Below are positions 60,501-64,000 of a DNA stretch of 64,000 nt, one piece after another; within the stretch, counting starts at the first letter, position 1, and every line of letters starts with the position of its first letter. Where the stretch lies: the NCBI GenBank assembly GCA_027053075.1, contig JALUEE010000033.1:107559-171558 (forward strand). The letters are read 5' to 3'. The DNA comes from a candidate division WOR-3 bacterium. Lineage in GTDB: Bacteria; Hydrothermota; Hydrothermia; B15-G9; WFZT01. Made by a program: the position numbers and the translations under genes. The notes under the pieces are model-generated. The model did no database searches and had not been told where the DNA came from. It saw nothing but the letters and a program-made list of their open reading frames with translations.

Positions 60501-63500
60501 TTATTAATAGCCCTGATTTTATAATCGTATGTATGAAATGGAGCGACTGTATGATCTACGTAGCTTGTGGCATTACTGTCGTTGATTGTTATAGTTCTGA
60601 CATTTCCTTCCTCGTCAATTCTCTGGATTTCATATCCAGAATTATATCGAGACCTATCTGTCCAGGTAAGGGTGATGGAGGTCCAGGGGACTTCGGATGA
60701 TACTCTCAGATCCGAAGGGGCATTAAGATTGATTACCACTTCAATCTCCGACGAGGGATCGCTTTCACCAACTAAATTGTAGGCCTTTAAAACCAAATAG
60801 TAAGCTTCACCTGATAATCCAGTTATCGTGGCAGAAGTAGACCCATGAACATCAACAATATTGGGATAAGAACCAGGCTGTGTTCCATAATAAATTCTAT
60901 ATCCAAGAGCACCTGGTACTCCAGACCAGGTTAAGGAAATAGATGTAGGTGTAGTGTGAGTCACTGTAGGGACATCAGGTGCAGGGGGTACTGAGACATC
61001 CGGATTATATCTCCATATACCTCTTCCATTGGTAGAAACATAATAAATCTGCTTGTAGTTCACATCACTCTGATAAACAGGATTGATTTCTATATCCGTA
61101 ACCTCGCTCCCAAACGGAGTTCCCTGTTGTTTTATCCAGGATTTACCCTGATTAAGACTAATATAACTTTTCCCTGAACCTATACTTCCAGATAAAACAA
61201 GCCCCTTATCTGGAAGGGCATGTAAAGTACGAACTCTATCCTCTACACCAAAATCTGCTCTTTCCCATAATGGCTCGCCCGGCTTTAGTTTATATATACC
61301 TGAAGCATAACCAAACGGAGCATGATAATCATACACACCAATGTAAACATCGTTACTATCAAGTGCTATCGAATAAACGTCAGGGATCAATCTATGAAGG
61401 TTCCTGTTTTCAGACCGCCAACTATTGCCACCATCTGTACTTTTCCAGATACCACAGTTATCTATATCTCCATCGTATACAATGCCGACATAAAGAATAT
61501 TTGGATTCTGGGGATGAATGGCAACAGTTCTGGCATATCCTTCACAATAAATATTCCCACCGGAAAAACCATTCGTTTTCAATTGCCAACTTTCACCTCC
61601 GTTTGTAGACTTGAATATCCGAATATATGTCTGATCTCCCGGAATATTTTTGCTCCCGACCGCCCATAGATCGCCATTTGGAGCAATCTCTATGTCATAA
61701 ATGATTGAAGTCTCATAATCTACCATACCACTGTCCGCCGGAAACCATGTGTTCCCTCCATCAGTGCTTTTGTAAATCAAATGGTCAGTAGTTATAAATC
61801 TCCTTGTCCCCGCATAAATGACATCTGCATTCGACGGATCAATAGCAAGGGCAAAAACAGGAAAATCAGGAAAGCTCTCAATTTTCTGCCATGTTGTTCC
61901 CCAATCGGTACTTTTGTATATACCCTGTCCTCCTGTATTACCTTCGGTTCCACAGGCTGCATAAAGAATCCATGGTTTATCTGGACGAACTGCAATCTCA
62001 TTAACATGAGAATTCTCAAGACCAGAATTCACCTCTTCCCAACCTCCCCACGGAAACTCCATTATCTGAAATGTATATTCAGAAACATCCTCATAACCAT
62101 GATTTGCCTGGTCCCTCGCCACAATTTTTACCATCCCCTGGTCTGTCTCGGGAATGGAAAAATCCACTGTCCAGTTCAAATAATCCGTTGTGTCATTGGG
62201 ATAAGAAGGGTATTGTTTCACTGCTACAGTTTCTGGAAAAGTGAACCCACCATCCGTTGACATAGCCAATTTTACATCCGTGATTCCCTCTTCAGATTGT
62301 GCTCTGAAATTTACTCTATATCTCGTTCCCTTGCCAAGAATTAGCCCTTCTTCCTCTGGCCAATCAAAAACAATCCCTTGACTTACAACCTTCGCTATCC
62401 ATGTTCCCCATTCATTATTCGTTGAAGCATACTCTCCTGCTACCCAGATACTTCCATCCACAGGATCAAGACCTGCTCCAAAATAGTCACCCCAACGATT
62501 TCGACCCAAATAATCAATTCTGACATAGTTGTCCTCACCCTCTTTAATTACTACACTCGGCTTGAAAAAAGTTGCATCTTGAAATTTTTCTATATATGAC
62601 ACATTCGCGAACTCCACAGGACCCACTCTTGTAAAAACAATAGCAACAGAATTCTCTGATACTCCTACCCGAGGATATATATAGTTATATCCGTTGCTTC
62701 CAAAAGTTATGTCTTCCTCTAAAATAGGAATCGTGGGAGTTGAAACATTTATTCTAAAATACCTTATGGCACAATATTCGGAATGTTGCGGGTTCTTCTC
62801 AGTCAATGTTGTATATAACTTTCCATTCATATAAATCACATCCTGTAAACGCGCATCTCCAGCATTAAGAGGATCACCATCCGGTTGTTGGGCATCAGGT
62901 GGATCATCATAAGTGGTAACCTGAATCGTATAATAAGGCCAACCAAGTGAAGGTGAAGAAGCTGGACCCTTAATGTATACCCCATTCAAAACTGACCCAC
63001 CATGAGCTTGGCTACTTAGAACATATCCATAAAAAGAAGGGCTTATACTTTGAGCTGGCTTTGATGAAAAACGAAGTGGATAACCCCAAAAATCATGCCA
63101 TCCACTTAATGTACCATTGTATAAATCATCTTTGTCAAGGACCCGTAGTTTAGCCGTGTTGTAATTTTCATCCCAGGTGAACTGGTTTGATGTTATAAAC
63201 ACCCCCCAATCGTTAAATCCAAGTCCCGGATAATCCGCCCATGTGTTTGTAGGATTGTTACCATTCAATGTCGCATCAAGATTATAGTAATACCAATTAC
63301 CAAGAGGGTTAGATGTTTGAGAAACTGCAAGATAATATCTGGATTCATGTGAAGAATCGTTCTTGTAGAGTGCTAATACAATCCATCTTCCTTCCAATGG
63401 GTCATACGCAATCTTTGGATCGAATATAAAACCTCCACCAGGATTTATTGGGTAGAAAAAGGACTCGAGACTATTTGAGTATACTCTACCCCCTTCTTTT

Positions 63501-63877
63501 GTAAAAAATTCAATACTTGAGTTTACCACTTCACCCACATGTTCTGGCCCCACTGCTATTTGAACATCGGGAGGATACAAATAGGTAAAATAAATGCCCC
63601 GAAAATCCTGTGCCATTACTTCAATTTGTGCACTCCCTGTATTCACAGAGTCTTCCTGATAAAGCCATACTGGACTCTGATAAGGAACAGTAGATGTCGT
63701 TTCCTCTGGAGGCTGCATAAATGGAACAGCAATAGGATTTGTCGATGATGCTCCTTCATTCCCGGAAGGAATCGGTGCATACACAACCTGGATGGGACCT
63801 TGATATGCCCCACTATTCTCCACTGCCCCCAACATTACTGGAAGCAGCAACAACAGCACTACATTCCTGACTCTCAT
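57599..63877 (-). CDS. 2092-aa secreted multidomain protein (beta-propellers, BNR/Asp-box repeats, two FN3, T9SS-type CTD)
   Basis: Signal peptide; PPDVQIAVGP..DPKIAYD..DYPGLG..RWGDY domain; repeated KSTDGGNTW; FN3 (SISLTWS..YRIYYG; SITLTWTD..GYEIQR); SPNPMRG..SGMYFVVV..KKMMVLR. Confidence 0.85.
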   Translation of the reverse strand: MRVRNVVLLLLLPVMLGAVENSGAYQGPIQVVYAPIPSGNEGASSTNPIAVPFMQPPEETTSTVPYQSPVWLYQEDSVNTGSAQIEVMAQDFRGIYFTYLYPPDVQIAVGPEHVGEVVNSSIEFFTKEGGRVYSNSLESFFYPINPGGGFIFDPKIAYDPLEGRWIVLALYKNDSSHESRYYLAVSQTSNPLGNWYYYNLDATLNGNNPTNTWADYPGLGFNDWGVFITSNQFTWDENYNTAKLRVLDKDDLYNGTLSGWHDFWGYPLRFSSKPAQSISPSFYGYVLSSQAHGGSVLNGVYIKGPASSPSLGWPYYTIQVTTYDDPPDAQQPDGDPLNAGDARLQDVIYMNGKLYTTLTEKNPQHSEYCAIRYFRINVSTPTIPILEEDITFGSNGYNYIYPRVGVSENSVAIVFTRVGPVEFANVSYIEKFQDATFFKPSVVIKEGEDNYVRIDYLGRNRWGDYFGAGLDPVDGSIWVAGEYASTNNEWGTWIAKVVSQGIVFDWPEEEGLILGKGTRYRVNFRAQSEEGITDVKLAMSTDGGFTFPETVAVKQYPSYPNDTTDYLNWTVDFSIPETDQGMVKIVARDQANHGYEDVSEYTFQIMEFPWGGWEEVNSGLENSHVNEIAVRPDKPWILYAACGTEGNTGGQGIYKSTDWGTTWQKIESFPDFPVFALAIDPSNADVIYAGTRRFITTDHLIYKSTDGGNTWFPADSGMVDYETSIIYDIEIAPNGDLWAVGSKNIPGDQTYIRIFKSTNGGESWQLKTNGFSGGNIYCEGYARTVAIHPQNPNILYVGIVYDGDIDNCGIWKSTDGGNSWRSENRNLHRLIPDVYSIALDSNDVYIGVYDYHAPFGYASGIYKLKPGEPLWERADFGVEDRVRTLHALPDKGLVLSGSIGSGKSYISLNQGKSWIKQQGTPFGSEVTDIEINPVYQSDVNYKQIYYVSTNGRGIWRYNPDVSVPPAPDVPTVTHTTPTSISLTWSGVPGALGYRIYYGTQPGSYPNIVDVHGSTSATITGLSGEAYYLVLKAYNLVGESDPSSEIEVVINLNAPSDLRVSSEVPWTSITLTWTDRSRYNSGYEIQRIDEEGNVRTITINDSNATSYVDHTVAPFHTYDYKIRAINNDGVASEWVTERVYNTPTFLVPINPSLSSVSSKVMHKDNKEYIAVSQPVVGNDGKLQGVVILLKTSLDGINWTTEDTVYRLTTGSSISLFNFDIIPVDLQNGVKFAGLATYQLDNRAHVDFITYSGVGLHGVIEVFSGDGEAKHPTLIWNRESNNVGINFSVANRIYWAEYTLSNTVSILGYVDAHNLFNTYFVVSLSPLKVDGVDVAEFPWGVVLNGRNTHSENEIIALYGDDGYSYVILDTTPAWRGYVDSYNNRVVWASEEGIKEAVIDGVADMIWVDRTEVITQDITGENVFSLNYSQNSYGDEVIGATVKDTGFVSKYIAFTRPSGNTQWSLRNIEIKHESPVLYYGRIAFSNRYRGRAGIYQKYLIIYHIEPCCTDTDTMFFKERSFKVKDEIVIRPDIMKGDLSSIHHGDSNYIFFSRYGYVNYVQSDNTVTGWSRENIICKGYNPVAVHTDSSFTVFYVRNDSLFARTDSDGFENEHFVMEMGQFSPGYGVSYSDGNYYIVYEEMAGQMTDDTLFTPRSWSLKTAVVSSDFSLIRDETIDHTEDGLPTGVNPYRSQGRRVSIGSFNGYRYVLAVEPGGGVKLYRDDSGAWELRTVNIGNGPYGNLNIKVDDETVYLTWSEAGTVYYRFLYAGDPGFISKAIELSSGDNPNYGGKAIFWSDGNKLEKMSLALEDEPAELMTAGTGDISNTALTFYTVGGEYYQTSVYLSALMIKDGSSNMLGVNVYSTGPIPEQVITLGDTIPTPKTIERSGFEEYSDEKGKSADVGDRLSYRITDLKPNEYYRLGLYIYHEEEDDITEQFYLDGKPVKSELIQKGKETYIELEVPEEMYVEDSTVVLEVEKESGPVAVLNEIYVFGKPIAGSGPMSEEEVMLIPETYRVMSISPNPMRGRGEIVLGIPEDGKVRVDLYNIEGRRVKELFNGMVRKGYYRVRVEGLESGMYFVVVRGEHGKAMKKMMVLR

Positions 63878-63881
63878 CGCT

Positions 63882-64000
63882 CTACCTCCTACCTAAAAAT
63901 ACAACCCTGGTTTTCCCCAATAGTCTCTTCTCAACCTTTAAATTTGCAATGTAAACACCTGGAGCAACCCTTTTGCCACTCCTATCGTCCCCTTCCCAGC
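63882..64000 (-). CDS. C-terminal end of another FlgD/T9SS-CTD protein (runs off window end)
   Basis: Translates WEGDDRSGKRVAPGVYIANLKVEKRLLGKTRVVFLGRR*. Confidence 0.75.
   Translation of the reverse strand, partial: WEGDDRSGKRVAPGVYIANLKVEKRLLGKTRVVFLGRR

Noticed and set aside
491..63748. Numerous 60-200 aa ORFs antisense to or nested in confident genes (e.g. 19152-19760, 40876-41451, 54162-54704)
   Set aside because: Shadow ORFs of real coding sequence with no motifs or start signals.
1..64000. CRISPR array or cas genes
   Set aside because: No regularly spaced direct repeats with unique spacers; the palindromes are dispersed and irregular, and no Cas-like ORF was seen.
63882..64000. Possible frameshift in terminal CTD fragment
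   Set aside because: Translation gives a continuous frame ending KTRVVFLGRR*.

Overview
A 64 kb gene-dense chromosomal window from a diderm bacterium. The gene mix suggests an FCB-related, possibly thermophilic anaerobe such as candidate phylum WOR-3/Hydrothermae (inference only): a PorU-like C25 sortase, a PorV-like barrel, six proteins ending in FlgD/T9SS-type C-terminal domains, EndoQ, TtuA, archease and a compact sufCBD. It holds about 50 CDS and two tRNAs (Ala-TGC, His-GTG), with no rRNA, CRISPR array, prophage or intact transposase. The main find is a P3-less Moco/tungsten-cofactor-type riboswitch (57038-57130) controlling an operon of ECF-type ATPase, S-like and T-like membrane subunits, a THEP1-like NTPase and a TonB-dependent receptor. 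This is a candidate uptake or salvage system for molybdopterin or the Mo/W cofactor. Other notable items: an archaeal-type geranylgeranyl reductase plus GGGP synthase pair upstream of rho; eight apparently leaderless operon-leading genes; an IscR-type operator over the suf promoter; a Glu-type PTPS next to folE2; an AT-rich AIPR defence islet; and families of MITE/REP-like palindromic elements, two with clear target-site duplications.
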